From Phycisphaerae bacterium (GTDB taxonomy: Bacteria; Planctomycetota; Phycisphaerae; UBA1845; Fen-1342): DNA of 64,000 nt. This document shows, in pieces, positions 8,842 to 18,121 of this stretch. The stretch is from NCBI GenBank assembly GCA_963675745.2, contig CAXXWX010000015.1, positions 320,001-384,000 of the forward strand, written 5' to 3'. The notes below the pieces were generated by a model, which saw only the letters and a list, made by a program, of their open reading frames with translations, did no database searches and was not told where the DNA came from. Made by a program: the position numbers and the translations under genes. The number at the start of each line of letters is the position of its first letter. Positions within the stretch are counted from its first letter, which is position 1.

Positions 8842-10365
8842 ATGGCAAAAGCACCCAAGACGGCGATCTCACCCACGCGGGCGGAAGACTACCCCGAGTG
8901 GTATCAGCAAGTGGTCAAAGCGGCGGATCTGGCCGAGACTTCGCCGGTGCGCGGCTGCATGGTCATCAAGCCCTGGGGCTATGCGCTGTGGGAGAACATC
9001 CAGCACGCCCTGGACGCCATGTTCAAGGCGACCGGCCACAAGAACGCATACTTCCCGCTCTTCATCCCGCTCAGTTTTCTCGAGAAAGAGGCCGAGCACG
9101 TCGAGGGCTTCGCCAAGGAATGCGCCGTCGTCACCCACCATCGCCTCGAAGCCGGTCCCGACGGCAAGCTCGTGCCCGCCGGCGAGCTTGAAGAGCCGCT
9201 GGTTGTACGCCCGACGTCCGAGACGATTATCGGCGCATCCTTTGCCAAGTGGATTCAGTCATATCGCGACCTGCCGCTGCTGATCAACCAGTGGGCCAAT
9301 ATCGTGCGCTGGGAGATGCGCACGCGCTTGTTCCTGCGCACCGCCGAGTTCCTCTGGCAGGAAGGTCACACCGCTCACGCCACCGAAGCGGACGCCGTCG
9401 AGGAGACCCGCCGCATGCTCGACGTCTACGCCGAGTTCGCTGAAAACTGGATGGCCATGCCGGTGATCAAGGGCGAAAAAACCGCCGGCGAGCGCTTTCC
9501 CGGCGCGGTCAACACGTATTGCATCGAAGCGATGATGCAGGATCGCAAGGCCCTCCAATCGGGCACGTCACACTTCCTCGGTCAGAACTTCGCCAAGGCG
9601 GCCGACATCAAGTACCTCAGCGCGGAGGGACGCGAGGAGTATTGCTGGACCACTTCGTGGGGCGTCTCCACGCGTCTGATCGGCGGCCTGCTGATGACCC
9701 ATTCCGATGACGACGGCCTGGTCCTGCCGCCCATGCTCGCACCGGCCCACATCGTCATCCTGCCGATCATCCACAAGGACGAAGTCCGGGCCGAGGTCAT
9801 GCACTACTGCGAGAAGCTCGCCGTCGAGCTCGAAGAGGAGCTGTACCACGACCGGCAGGTGACCGTCGAGATCGACGCGCGCGAAGGACGCGGCGGCGAG
9901 AAGACCTGGTCCTGGATCAGAAAGGGCGTGCCGATCCGCCTGGAGATCGGACCGCGCGATGTGGCGGCTAACTCGGTGTTCGTCGGCCGCCGCGACCATG
10001 ACCACAAGGACCGCCGGAGCGTGCCGCGCGACGAGTTCATCGCCAACGTCGGCGAGATACTCGACGACATTCAGGTAACGCTGCTCGAACGCGCCAAGAG
10101 CTATCGCGCCGACCACACGCGCCGCATCGACTCCAAGCAGGAGTTCTACGAATTCTTCACGCCCCAAAACGCCGAAAACCCCGAGATTCACGGCGGCTTC
10201 GCCGAGTGCCACTGGAGCGGCGAGACCGAAGTGGAGGAGCAGGTCAAAAACGACCTGAACGTGACGATTCGCTGCATTCCGTCAGACGCCGAGGACGAAG
10301 ACGGCAAGTGCATCATCAGCGGCAAGCCCAGCAAACGGCGCGTGATCTTCGGCAAGGCGTATTGA
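8842..10365 (+). CDS. proS: Proline--tRNA ligase (archaeal/eukaryote-like type)
   Basis: RPTSET, QWANIVRWE, EFLWQEGHT, TSWGVSTR and C-terminal FGKAY. Confidence 0.97.
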   Translation: MAKAPKTAISPTRAEDYPEWYQQVVKAADLAETSPVRGCMVIKPWGYALWENIQHALDAMFKATGHKNAYFPLFIPLSFLEKEAEHVEGFAKECAVVTHHRLEAGPDGKLVPAGELEEPLVVRPTSETIIGASFAKWIQSYRDLPLLINQWANIVRWEMRTRLFLRTAEFLWQEGHTAHATEADAVEETRRMLDVYAEFAENWMAMPVIKGEKTAGERFPGAVNTYCIEAMMQDRKALQSGTSHFLGQNFAKAADIKYLSAEGREEYCWTTSWGVSTRLIGGLLMTHSDDDGLVLPPMLAPAHIVILPIIHKDEVRAEVMHYCEKLAVELEEELYHDRQVTVEIDAREGRGGEKTWSWIRKGVPIRLEIGPRDVAANSVFVGRRDHDHKDRRSVPRDEFIANVGEILDDIQVTLLERAKSYRADHTRRIDSKQEFYEFFTPQNAENPEIHGGFAECHWSGETEVEEQVKNDLNVTIRCIPSDAEDEDGKCIISGKPSKRRVIFGKAY

Positions 10366-10399
10366 CGGCGGAATTCACGAAACCCCATGGAAGGCCGAA

Positions 10400-10466
10400 G
10401 TGTGCCACGGCTCTGTGAGCCGTGCTCTTCTGAAGTAGGGGCACGGCACACAGAGCCGTGGCACAC
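10400..10466. repeat. REP-like inverted repeat pair between convergent proS and GT2 genes
   Basis: 26-bp arms GTGTGCCACGGCTCTGTGAGCCGTGC and GCACGGCACACAGAGCCGTGGCACAC (1 mismatch), 15-nt spacer. Confidence 0.85.
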
Positions 10467-10472
10467 GATGCC

Positions 10473-12095
10473 TTACGCCGTGTTCAACGACCGTCGGCGG
10501 GCCAGCGCCTCGCGGCGCATGGCGTCTTTGGCGTTGTCGTTGCGGTCGATCGTCGCCTGGTCGATCGCGTGGTCGGTGCCGCCGGCGTGGCGAATCACCT
10601 CGTAGATCGGGTCCCACACGCGTCCAATCGTGTAGCGCTCACTGATGCGCAAGACGAGATCGTAGTCTTCCCCGTAATTGCGGCAGCTCGGCGTGTCGTT
10701 CACGCCGAACCACCCCGCGTCGCGGATCGCCTTGATGTGCGCCGACCGCGGCGCCCCGGCACCGTTAATACGCAGCAGGTTGTTGCGGCCGTTGTCCGGC
10801 GTCCACTCGGCGTGCGTGACAACGGGGATCTCCTCGTTGCGCCGCAGCTCGCCGGTGTGCTCATCCAGCGTCCACACCTCGTACGAGCCGACCACCATGC
10901 CGATCGTCGGGTCGGAGTCAAACACCGCCAGCAGCTTCTCGACCGCGTCCGGCTTGAGGCGATCATCTGAATCAAGCTGGACGTAGTACTTGCCGCGCGC
11001 GGCGGCGATGCCGCTGTTCAGACACAGCCCCAGGTTATTCACATCCAGGACAATCAGCCGCACCGCCGGAGTATCTGCCTTGTAGCGGTCGCCGCCTTTC
11101 ATATATCGCCGTACGGCGTCGGCGGTCGGGTCATCCGGGCCGCCGTTGACGACCACGATCGCCTCGGTTCGCGCGACTGTCTGCGCCTGGACGCTCTCGA
11201 TGGCGCGCCCGATGAATTCCGGCCGGTTGTTCACCGGAATGACCACGCTGGCCAGACACTCCGCGAAGCTTGCCTCTTCCTCGCGAGAATACGCGATCGT
11301 CTGGACATGCGCGCCGGGCTCCAGATACGCCCCGGTCCGCTTGAGATGCTCGGTGCAGGCCCGCTCCAATTCGAGTTGCGTCTGCTTGTCAGCCAGCAGA
11401 TAGGCGAACACGTTGTGCGCCTCGGCCGGCTGGGCCACCGTGTAAAGCGAGCCGGCGTAGCGGTTGGCGATGTGCAGCGCGCGATAGCCCTCGGTCAGAC
11501 GCAGCCGCAAGTCATACCAGTCAGCGGCCGCGTAACGCGCGTCAAACCCGTCGAGATCGCGCAGCACCGTCGCCGGCATCAGAATCGCGTTACCGAAATC
11601 GACCGTCTCACGCAGCCGACCGCGGTGGTGATCCAGCAGATGCACGTCAACGCGCGATCCGTCGGCGGTGATCCGTTCGTAGTCGCCATACACCATCCCG
11701 ATCGGCCGATCCGCTTCCGCCGGCGTCGGTTCGCCGCGAACGGCGGCCATCAGCAGTGTCCGCAGGGCTGACCGCTTCAGCACCACCTGGGCCTGGTCGT
11801 TGAAAAGCAGCAGGATGTACGCCCCGCTGGCAACGTTCAGAGCCGCGTTGTACATTGATGCCCGGTTGGCATACGTGCCGGCGACATGACGAACGCCGTT
11901 CGCAGCGCCGTCGGGCGGCAGGAAGTCCGGCTTCGCGCCGGGGCCGCGCCCGTCGACTACGATAACCTCCGCCGGCGGATAGTCTTGCTCCAAAGCCGCT
12001 TGCAGCCCGGCGTGGAAGGCCTTCTGGTCATAGGGTAAATCGTCATTGAAGAGCATGACGATTGACGCGGTCGCATTTGGGAAGTTCGTGGACAT
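10473..12095 (-). CDS. Glycosyltransferase family 2 with two GT-A domains
   Basis: C-terminal domain has SVVIPV, QLDSDD and YGEDY; N-terminal domain is a degenerate GT2 (EVIVVD, MVYGDY). Confidence 0.9.
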   Translation of the reverse strand: MSTNFPNATASIVMLFNDDLPYDQKAFHAGLQAALEQDYPPAEVIVVDGRGPGAKPDFLPPDGAANGVRHVAGTYANRASMYNAALNVASGAYILLLFNDQAQVVLKRSALRTLLMAAVRGEPTPAEADRPIGMVYGDYERITADGSRVDVHLLDHHRGRLRETVDFGNAILMPATVLRDLDGFDARYAAADWYDLRLRLTEGYRALHIANRYAGSLYTVAQPAEAHNVFAYLLADKQTQLELERACTEHLKRTGAYLEPGAHVQTIAYSREEEASFAECLASVVIPVNNRPEFIGRAIESVQAQTVARTEAIVVVNGGPDDPTADAVRRYMKGGDRYKADTPAVRLIVLDVNNLGLCLNSGIAAARGKYYVQLDSDDRLKPDAVEKLLAVFDSDPTIGMVVGSYEVWTLDEHTGELRRNEEIPVVTHAEWTPDNGRNNLLRINGAGAPRSAHIKAIRDAGWFGVNDTPSCRNYGEDYDLVLRISERYTIGRVWDPIYEVIRHAGGTDHAIDQATIDRNDNAKDAMRREALARRRSLNTA

Positions 12096-12155
12096 CGCGA
12101 CATTCTAGCGGCTGAACGCGAAAAAAGGGACCAGCGCCGGCTGTCGGCTGCACAC

Positions 12156-12186
12156 GTAGGGTAGGTCGAGCCCCACGAGACCTGCC
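12156..12186 (+). repeat. GTAG-type REP-like hairpin
   Basis: GTAG followed by GGTAGGTC...GACCTGCC stem. Confidence 0.45.
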
Positions 12187-12235
12187 GTTGTACCCAACAG
12201 TGAAACGCGACCAAACCTGTCATGGAAGGTTACTG

Positions 12236-13177
12236 ATGCCATCAAAACCTACGCCGCCACCGATCAACCGGGCCGACGAAAGCGACTTGCCCGCACTCTA
12301 CGCGCTGGCGAAAGATGCCCTGCCGCTCGAAACCTTCAGCCGTGACCTGCTGGCCGAGAAACTCTTCAGCCGCCCGCGCCCGGGCGAGTTTGCCTGGGAC
12401 GTGCTGATCGCCGGCGATCGCCAACATCCGGCCGGCATGATGCAGACGGTGGTGCGGCCGGCGGCCGGCAAGGCCTGGCTGGGGCTGTTCGCCGTCGCTC
12501 CGCAACAGCGCCGGCAGGGGATTGCCCGGGCGATGTTCGCGCGCGCGTGCGAAACGTGGCCAGCCGGCGTTAGCGAAGTCGAAGCGCTGGCCATTCCCGG
12601 CAACTATTTCAACCCCGGCCTCGACCCGCGTTACACGGAGGCCCTCTGCCTGCTGGAGCGCCTCGGCTTTGAGCGCTTCAAGGACTGCGTCAATCTGACC
12701 GCCGACCTTTCGCGACGATTCGACACCGCCGCCGAAGAGCGCCGTCTCGTCGCCGCCGGCATCGAGGTGCGCCGCGCCGGCCCGGCGGATCAGCCGCTGC
12801 TGGACGCGTTTTTCGCGGGACACTTCGGCGAAGACTGGCGTTTCGAGGTCAGCCTGAGCATGGTCAACGATCCGCCGGGGCTGCATCTGGCCCTGATGGA
12901 CGGGCGGCTCATCGCCTTCAGCGCCCATTCGACACAGAATCGCGAATGGGGCTTCTTCGGCCCGATGGGCACCGCCCCCGAGGCCCGCGGCAAAGGGCTC
13001 GGGCGCGTGCTGCTATGGCATTGCCTGAACGACATGCACGACGCCGGCCACCGCACGGCGGTCATCCCCTGGGTCGGCCCGATCGCGTTCTATCACCAGT
13101 GGGCCGGCTGTCGCGTAGAGCGCGTATTCTGGCGCTATCGGCTGAATCTGCCGGGAGCGGAGCCGTCGGGGGCGTGA
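12236..13177 (+). CDS. Tandem GNAT acetyltransferase
   Basis: Two acetyl-CoA binding motifs: VAPQQRRQGIA and TAPEARGKGLG. Confidence 0.9.
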   Translation: MPSKPTPPPINRADESDLPALYALAKDALPLETFSRDLLAEKLFSRPRPGEFAWDVLIAGDRQHPAGMMQTVVRPAAGKAWLGLFAVAPQQRRQGIARAMFARACETWPAGVSEVEALAIPGNYFNPGLDPRYTEALCLLERLGFERFKDCVNLTADLSRRFDTAAEERRLVAAGIEVRRAGPADQPLLDAFFAGHFGEDWRFEVSLSMVNDPPGLHLALMDGRLIAFSAHSTQNREWGFFGPMGTAPEARGKGLGRVLLWHCLNDMHDAGHRTAVIPWVGPIAFYHQWAGCRVERVFWRYRLNLPGAEPSGA

Positions 13178-13179
13178 GC

Positions 13180-13950
13180 ATGCGAAACGCTATTCACTGC
13201 TCGACGTGTGGTTACATCCTCGCGTCGCGAGCCGCAGCTAAATGCCCGGAATGCGGCGCTGAGTACACTGATGATCAGATTGGCAGACTAAGAAAGGCAA
13301 TGCAACGACCCTGGTTCCCGGACTTGCGAGCCTACTCAGAGTCGAACCTGCGCGCGGTGCTTCGCACGTGGATTGTCGTGCTATTCACTCCACACAGAAT
13401 CGTCGATACCGCCTGGTCACGGTGCAATATCGCACAGCCAGAGGCGTTCGCCGGGTGGTGTCGCGTTACCTGCGGAGCGGCGTTCATAGCTGGGAGCGTG
13501 GTTGCTGACATTGATGTCGCGTTGAAAGCCCTGTTCGTATTCGTGGCGTGCGTGGGAGCTGCCGCGTCTCTTCTGTGCGAGGTGTTGGTGACGGCATCGA
13601 TTGTGGCGTTGTCCGATGCCGTCAGAAGGCGGGATTATACTGCCATCCGCGACGTGACGCGGTACGGGGCAGCTTGGCTTAGTGTGAACGCCGTGTTTGG
13701 CATCCTGCTCGTGCAGGGACGATTCATAAGTACTCCGCCTTCCCGATGGCCGGTGCCGGCACTGGCACTGGTCGGCGCTGGTGGAGCGCTGATTTCACTG
13801 TGGGCTGTGTGGTTGTGGATTCTCACGGGTCGTCAGTTGCTCACGATTGTGCCCGTGGCGATGCTGCTCGGCGCGATCGTGACTATCGCGGGAACGGTGT
13901 TCACGATCGTCAGCGCGTGGACAGCGTACCGGGCCATGGGTGGGGTGTAG
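13180..13950 (+). CDS. Hypothetical membrane protein with N-terminal zinc ribbon
   Basis: CSTCGY...KCPECG followed by about five hydrophobic helices; codon usage looks less GC3-biased than neighbours. Confidence 0.65.
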   Translation: MRNAIHCSTCGYILASRAAAKCPECGAEYTDDQIGRLRKAMQRPWFPDLRAYSESNLRAVLRTWIVVLFTPHRIVDTAWSRCNIAQPEAFAGWCRVTCGAAFIAGSVVADIDVALKALFVFVACVGAAASLLCEVLVTASIVALSDAVRRRDYTAIRDVTRYGAAWLSVNAVFGILLVQGRFISTPPSRWPVPALALVGAGGALISLWAVWLWILTGRQLLTIVPVAMLLGAIVTIAGTVFTIVSAWTAYRAMGGV

Positions 13951-13952
13951 CT

Positions 13953-14185
13953 GGGTGCCATGCCGACGGCTGTTCGCGTCGGCATGCAGCATGCGTACAC
14001 GGTGACGATTCGACGTTCAGATAGAAGCCCACCTAAGAGCCGGATGGGGCCGCCGACGACTCTCCCACCACTTTGGCGAGGCCGGCACGCCGCGTAGTGG
14101 ATTGGGGATCATCGAGCGCCGAAGCGCACGAGACCGACGGCGGTCAAGAAACATGCCGACGCGAACAGCCGTCGGCATGGCACCC
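13953..14185. mobile_element. MITE/REPIN-like element bounded by perfect 34-bp inverted repeats
   Basis: GGGTGCCATGCCGACGGCTGTTCGCGTCGGCATG (13953-13986) and its exact reverse complement (14152-14185) enclose 165 non-coding nt. Confidence 0.6.
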
Positions 14186-14210
14186 GACAATTAAGCCACG
14201 CTGCGCGGTA

Positions 14211-14843
14211 CTAACCCGCTGCCAGATTCTGTTCGAGCCTCTCCGCAAATAGCGCATAACCCTCGTCGTTCAGGTGCAGGCCGTCGGTCGTCAGCTCCGC
14301 GCGCAATCGGCCGGCCTGGTCAACCACGACCGAGTGAAAGTCCAGGTGCGCGCAGGCGTGTCGGGCGGCGTTTGTCGCCACGTGCGGGTTGAATTGCACC
14401 GCCAGGGGATTGATGCCGTCGAAGCGGCCACGCGTGGGCAGTTCGTTTATCACCAAGAGCGGAACGTCCGGCAGCCGCCGGCGGATTCGCATGATGACCT
14501 GCTCATGCGCCGCGACGATTTCATCGAACGGCGGCTCGCCGGTGCGCCATAATTCGCCCAGGTCGTTCACGCCGTTGTTGAATATGACCTGGCTCGGAGC
14601 AAGATCGAAGACCGAGACGTCCAGGCGGTGCAGAATCCCGCGATCGCCGATGCCGAGGCGATCGGAAGCGATGCCGCGATTGACGAAGCGGTGCCGCGGC
14701 AGAAAACGCCCGGTTTCGAACCACTCGAAGTGCGACGATCCGAGCAGCACTATCCCGCCCGGCTCGACCGACTCGCTCTCAAACTCGCGCAGGCGATCCT
14801 GATAGTGCTTTTCGGCGTCTATAACAACGTGCTCGTGGGCCAT
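14211..14843 (-). CDS. SGNH/GDSL-family esterase
   Basis: Block I LGSS, block II NRGI, block III GVND and block V DGLH. Confidence 0.9.
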   Translation of the reverse strand: MAHEHVVIDAEKHYQDRLREFESESVEPGGIVLLGSSHFEWFETGRFLPRHRFVNRGIASDRLGIGDRGILHRLDVSVFDLAPSQVIFNNGVNDLGELWRTGEPPFDEIVAAHEQVIMRIRRRLPDVPLLVINELPTRGRFDGINPLAVQFNPHVATNAARHACAHLDFHSVVVDQAGRLRAELTTDGLHLNDEGYALFAERLEQNLAAG

Positions 14844-14850
14844 GGGCTTC

Positions 14851-16257
14851 CTATCGGTAAACGTGAGCCAGGTCGGCGTTGGGATAATAGTGCCGGCAGA
14901 TTTGTTGATAGTCCGCGCCGCCGAGGGCCATACCCAGCGCGCCAATCTGGCACAACCCGACGCCGTGCCCCCAGCCGGCGCCGCGCAGCGTGATAGTCGT
15001 CAGGTTTCCGTCGGCGTCGCGCTGCGTGTCAATAGTGAACGCGCTGCTGTACAAAAACCGGGCGTGCAAAACCTCGCGAATGCGATACTCGCTGTCCAGA
15101 CGCGTACATTCGGGCCGACCGTCGCCGGCCTGCCACAGCACGTCGAGCACACACGCGCGCCCGCTGACGCCGCGCTCGATCACGCACAGGTCGCGCAGCA
15201 GCGCCAACTCGCCGGCCTGCGGCAGCTTCTCGCGCAACAGGTCTTCAAGTTCGCCGCGCGTATAGCGCACCGTCCAGCGAAAATAGTCATCAACCTCATC
15301 AACGCGTCCCAGAAACTTCGCGATGTCATCGGTCGATACCACCTGCGGGCTGCAATACACGCGCGTGCGCGCCAGCCACTCGCCGGCGAGATAATCCGCG
15401 ATATTCTCTTCTGTGACGCGGCCAAAGTCCCGTCCCGGGTCATCAGCCGGCCCGTCAAAGACCGACGACACGCCCGGCTTGGGAGCGCCCCAGACAAAGA
15501 CCGGCTCCTCCGAGACGCCGCCGCAGCTCTTGGCGTAATTTGCGTCGACCACGCCGCGCGGGCACTGGTCGGGCGCTTGTGGCGTGACGAGCGCCTCGCC
15601 GCGCGTGGCGCGGACGGCCTCGAGTGCCGCGGACGTCAGGTCACCGGTGCCCTGGTAACGCTGACAGCAATCGTCATTGCAGCGATCGAAAGGCGTGTTT
15701 TCGTGCTTGGGCTCGGCCAGGGCCAGCAGCCAACTGCGCGCGACAACGCACTGGGCCTTGAGAAACTCCGCCGGGCACGCCCCGCTCATCTCGGCGGTGA
15801 TCACGCCCGCCAGGTAATCCTCTAGCGGCAGTTCGTTGACCAGCACCACGCCGGCGGTGCCCGGCAGCAGATCGAACGCGCCAGTCAGCGTCTGTTCGGT
15901 GTGCTTCTGCCAGTGAAAGCCGCGACCGGCGACGACTTCCCGCACGCACGCCCCCGCCCCGGTCGTCAACGGCACCGGCGTCACCGCTTCGAGACGCAGA
16001 CCCGGAATGACCATCGGCGGCTCATCGCCGGCACGCACGCTGAGCGCGGGGCCCGCCAGTGACACGGTCAGCTCCGTATCCGGTGCGAGCGTGATTTCGC
16101 CTGCATGGCCGCCGCGGCCGCGATATCGCCCGCCCGCAAGTCGGATGCGCACGGTCGCCAGGGCGTCCTGGTCGAGGATAACCCCCACACGCAGCGACGG
16201 CTCCGCACCGGCCGCGCGCGTCCATTCGCCAATACCGATCGACTGGTCATTTGTCAT
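14851..16257 (-). CDS. SpoIID/LytB domain protein (lytic transglycosylase-like)
   Basis: VNELPLEDYLAGVITAEM, LKAQCVVARS, CCQRYQG, GAGWGHGVGLCQIGA and HYYP. Confidence 0.92.
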   Translation of the reverse strand: MTNDQSIGIGEWTRAAGAEPSLRVGVILDQDALATVRIRLAGGRYRGRGGHAGEITLAPDTELTVSLAGPALSVRAGDEPPMVIPGLRLEAVTPVPLTTGAGACVREVVAGRGFHWQKHTEQTLTGAFDLLPGTAGVVLVNELPLEDYLAGVITAEMSGACPAEFLKAQCVVARSWLLALAEPKHENTPFDRCNDDCCQRYQGTGDLTSAALEAVRATRGEALVTPQAPDQCPRGVVDANYAKSCGGVSEEPVFVWGAPKPGVSSVFDGPADDPGRDFGRVTEENIADYLAGEWLARTRVYCSPQVVSTDDIAKFLGRVDEVDDYFRWTVRYTRGELEDLLREKLPQAGELALLRDLCVIERGVSGRACVLDVLWQAGDGRPECTRLDSEYRIREVLHARFLYSSAFTIDTQRDADGNLTTITLRGAGWGHGVGLCQIGALGMALGGADYQQICRHYYPNADLAHVYR

Positions 16258-16279
16258 TGCCTGGGCACCTCACACGGCG

Positions 16280-16308
16280 ATTGTCCATTCCCGCGACTCC
16301 CGCGTCAA
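16280..16308 (-). promoter_or_regulatory. Putative sigma70 promoter of the SpoIID-SGNH operon
   Basis: TTGACG-N17-GACAAT on the minus strand. Confidence 0.5.
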
Positions 16309-16374
16309 AGCGGCGGGGAGATGAGCCTTCCCCACAAGCCGTCGGCACTTAACCGCCTTTTGTCCTCCGCCGCG

Positions 16375-16403
16375 TTGCCAACCGGCGTATGATCACCTAG
16401 ACT
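16375..16403 (+). promoter_or_regulatory. Putative sigma70 promoter of the nuo operon
   Basis: TTGCCA-N17-TAGACT, about 40 nt before nuoA. Confidence 0.55.
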
Positions 16404-16445
16404 TTTTCATTCGACTTCGCTGCCTCGCCGACAGGACGGGCACTC

Positions 16446-16910
16446 ATGCTGGCAAGCACCGACTACGCGCTAATCGCCATAATGATCCTGATCGCCGCCG
16501 GCGTCGGCTGTGCGATCCTGCTGCTAACCCACGTCGCGACGCCGCTGATTCTCAGGCACGGCCGCTATGGCGAGGTTAAACACGCCACCTACGAATCGGG
16601 CGTAGACCCGATCGGCGACTCCCGCAAACGATTCAACGTGCGCTTCTATCTCGTCGCCGTGCTGTTTCTGGTGTTCGACGTTGAGATCATCTTCCTCTAT
16701 CCCTGGGCCGTATTGTTCAGAAAGGTGCGAGAGGCGGCACCGGCGGTCGAAGCCGGCATGGTCGACCCGGCCAATCTGACGCTTGGCGAGCAAATCGTGG
16801 CCAGCGGCCATTCACCGGCGTATCTGCTGGCCACGATCGGTTTCTTCTTCGCCCTGCTGCTTGTCGGCTTCGTATACGAATGGCGCAAGGGGGTCTTCAA
16901 ATGGGCCTGA
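16446..16910 (+). CDS. nuoA: NADH-quinone oxidoreductase subunit A
   Basis: [18 protein letters not shown] and YEWRKG. Confidence 0.95.
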   Translation: MLASTDYALIAIMILIAAGVGCAILLLTHVATPLILRHGRYGEVKHATYESGVDPIGDSRKRFNVRFYLVAVLFLVFDVEIIFLYPWAVLFRKVREAAPAVEAGMVDPANLTLGEQIVASGHSPAYLLATIGFFFALLLVGFVYEWRKGVFKWA

Positions 16911-17503
16911 CCCGCGCGGAAGTCACAACGCCTGTCGGCGGCGATGACGTGAAGGTCACGCGCCTCGATTACATGCTCGACATGGTCAAGCGGCACGGCA
17001 TCAACTGGGCCCGCCGCAACAGCCTCTGGCCCATGCCGTTTGCGACGGCCTGCTGCGGCATCGAGCTGATGGCGACCGGCGCCAGCCGCTACGATATCGC
17101 CCGTTTCGGCGCCGAGGCGATGCGCTTCACGCCGCGGCAATGCGACCTGCTGATCTGCGCGGGACGCGTCGTGGTGCGGATGCTGCCGGTGATTCAGCGG
17201 ATTTATATCCAGATGACCGAGCCCAAGTGGGTCATCGCCATGGGGGCTTGTGCCTCCACCGGCGGTGTGTTCGATACATACGCGGTTGTGCAGGGAATCG
17301 ATCAGTTTCTGCCCGTCGACGTGTACGTGCCGGGCTGCCCCCCGCGTCCCGAAACGCTGCTGGAAGGGCTGATGGCGATTCAGCGCATCGTGACCGAAGA
17401 GGGCGTGAAGTCCAGCCAGGAGCGCGGCGGGCTCGGCATGGTCGTTCAGCCGCCGCGACAGGCCAGCCTCGGCCCCGGATTCGGCGCGCCTGATCGAGGC
17501 TGA
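16901..17503 (+). CDS. nuoB: NADH-quinone oxidoreductase subunit B
   Basis: TACCGIE, MGACA and VPGCPPRPE (cluster N2 ligands). Confidence 0.97.
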   Translation: MGLTRAEVTTPVGGDDVKVTRLDYMLDMVKRHGINWARRNSLWPMPFATACCGIELMATGASRYDIARFGAEAMRFTPRQCDLLICAGRVVVRMLPVIQRIYIQMTEPKWVIAMGACASTGGVFDTYAVVQGIDQFLPVDVYVPGCPPRPETLLEGLMAIQRIVTEEGVKSSQERGGLGMVVQPPRQASLGPGFGAPDRG

Positions 17504-17548
17504 TACCCGCACGCCGACATGCGCGTGCCCGTGGTTGTGAGATTGCAT

Positions 17549-18082
17549 ATGGCAACACAAGATGCGATTGCGGCGCTTGGGGAGAGATTCCCCGACATCC
17601 CCTTCGACCCGCAGCCGCTGATGCGCTATCTCGACGGTCGCGAGTCAGGCCAGACATGGATTCGCGTGACCGGTGATCGGCTGCTGGAAGTCATGCGGTT
17701 CCTGTATGACGATCCGCGCTGCAAATTCGAGCAGCTCTGTGACGTAACTTGTGTCGATTACCTGAATTACCCCGACGCCAGCGACCGCTTCGCCGTGGTT
17801 TATTCACTGCTGAGCCTGACGCACAACCACCGGCTCTGGATAAAAGTATTCGTCAACGACCCCGACCCCGAGCTGCCAACCGTTACCGGCATCTGGGCCG
17901 GGGCCAACTGGCGCGAACGCGAGCAGTTCGATATGTTCGGCATCAGATTCCGGGGACACCCGGACCTGCGGCGGATCCTCTGTGAAGAGGGATTCGAGGA
18001 TCACCCGCTCCGAAAGGACTACCCCTTGCACGGCAAGGGCGAACGTGAGAAGTTCCAGCGCGTAACACGCGAGACCGCGTAA
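17549..18082 (+). CDS. nuoC: NADH-quinone oxidoreductase subunit C
   Basis: [14 protein letters not shown] and HPLRKDYP. Confidence 0.95.
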   Translation: MATQDAIAALGERFPDIPFDPQPLMRYLDGRESGQTWIRVTGDRLLEVMRFLYDDPRCKFEQLCDVTCVDYLNYPDASDRFAVVYSLLSLTHNHRLWIKVFVNDPDPELPTVTGIWAGANWREREQFDMFGIRFRGHPDLRRILCEEGFEDHPLRKDYPLHGKGEREKFQRVTRETA

Positions 18083-18121
18083 CCGCGCGCTGCAACGTTG
18101 TCTGGCAAGAGACGAGCACCA

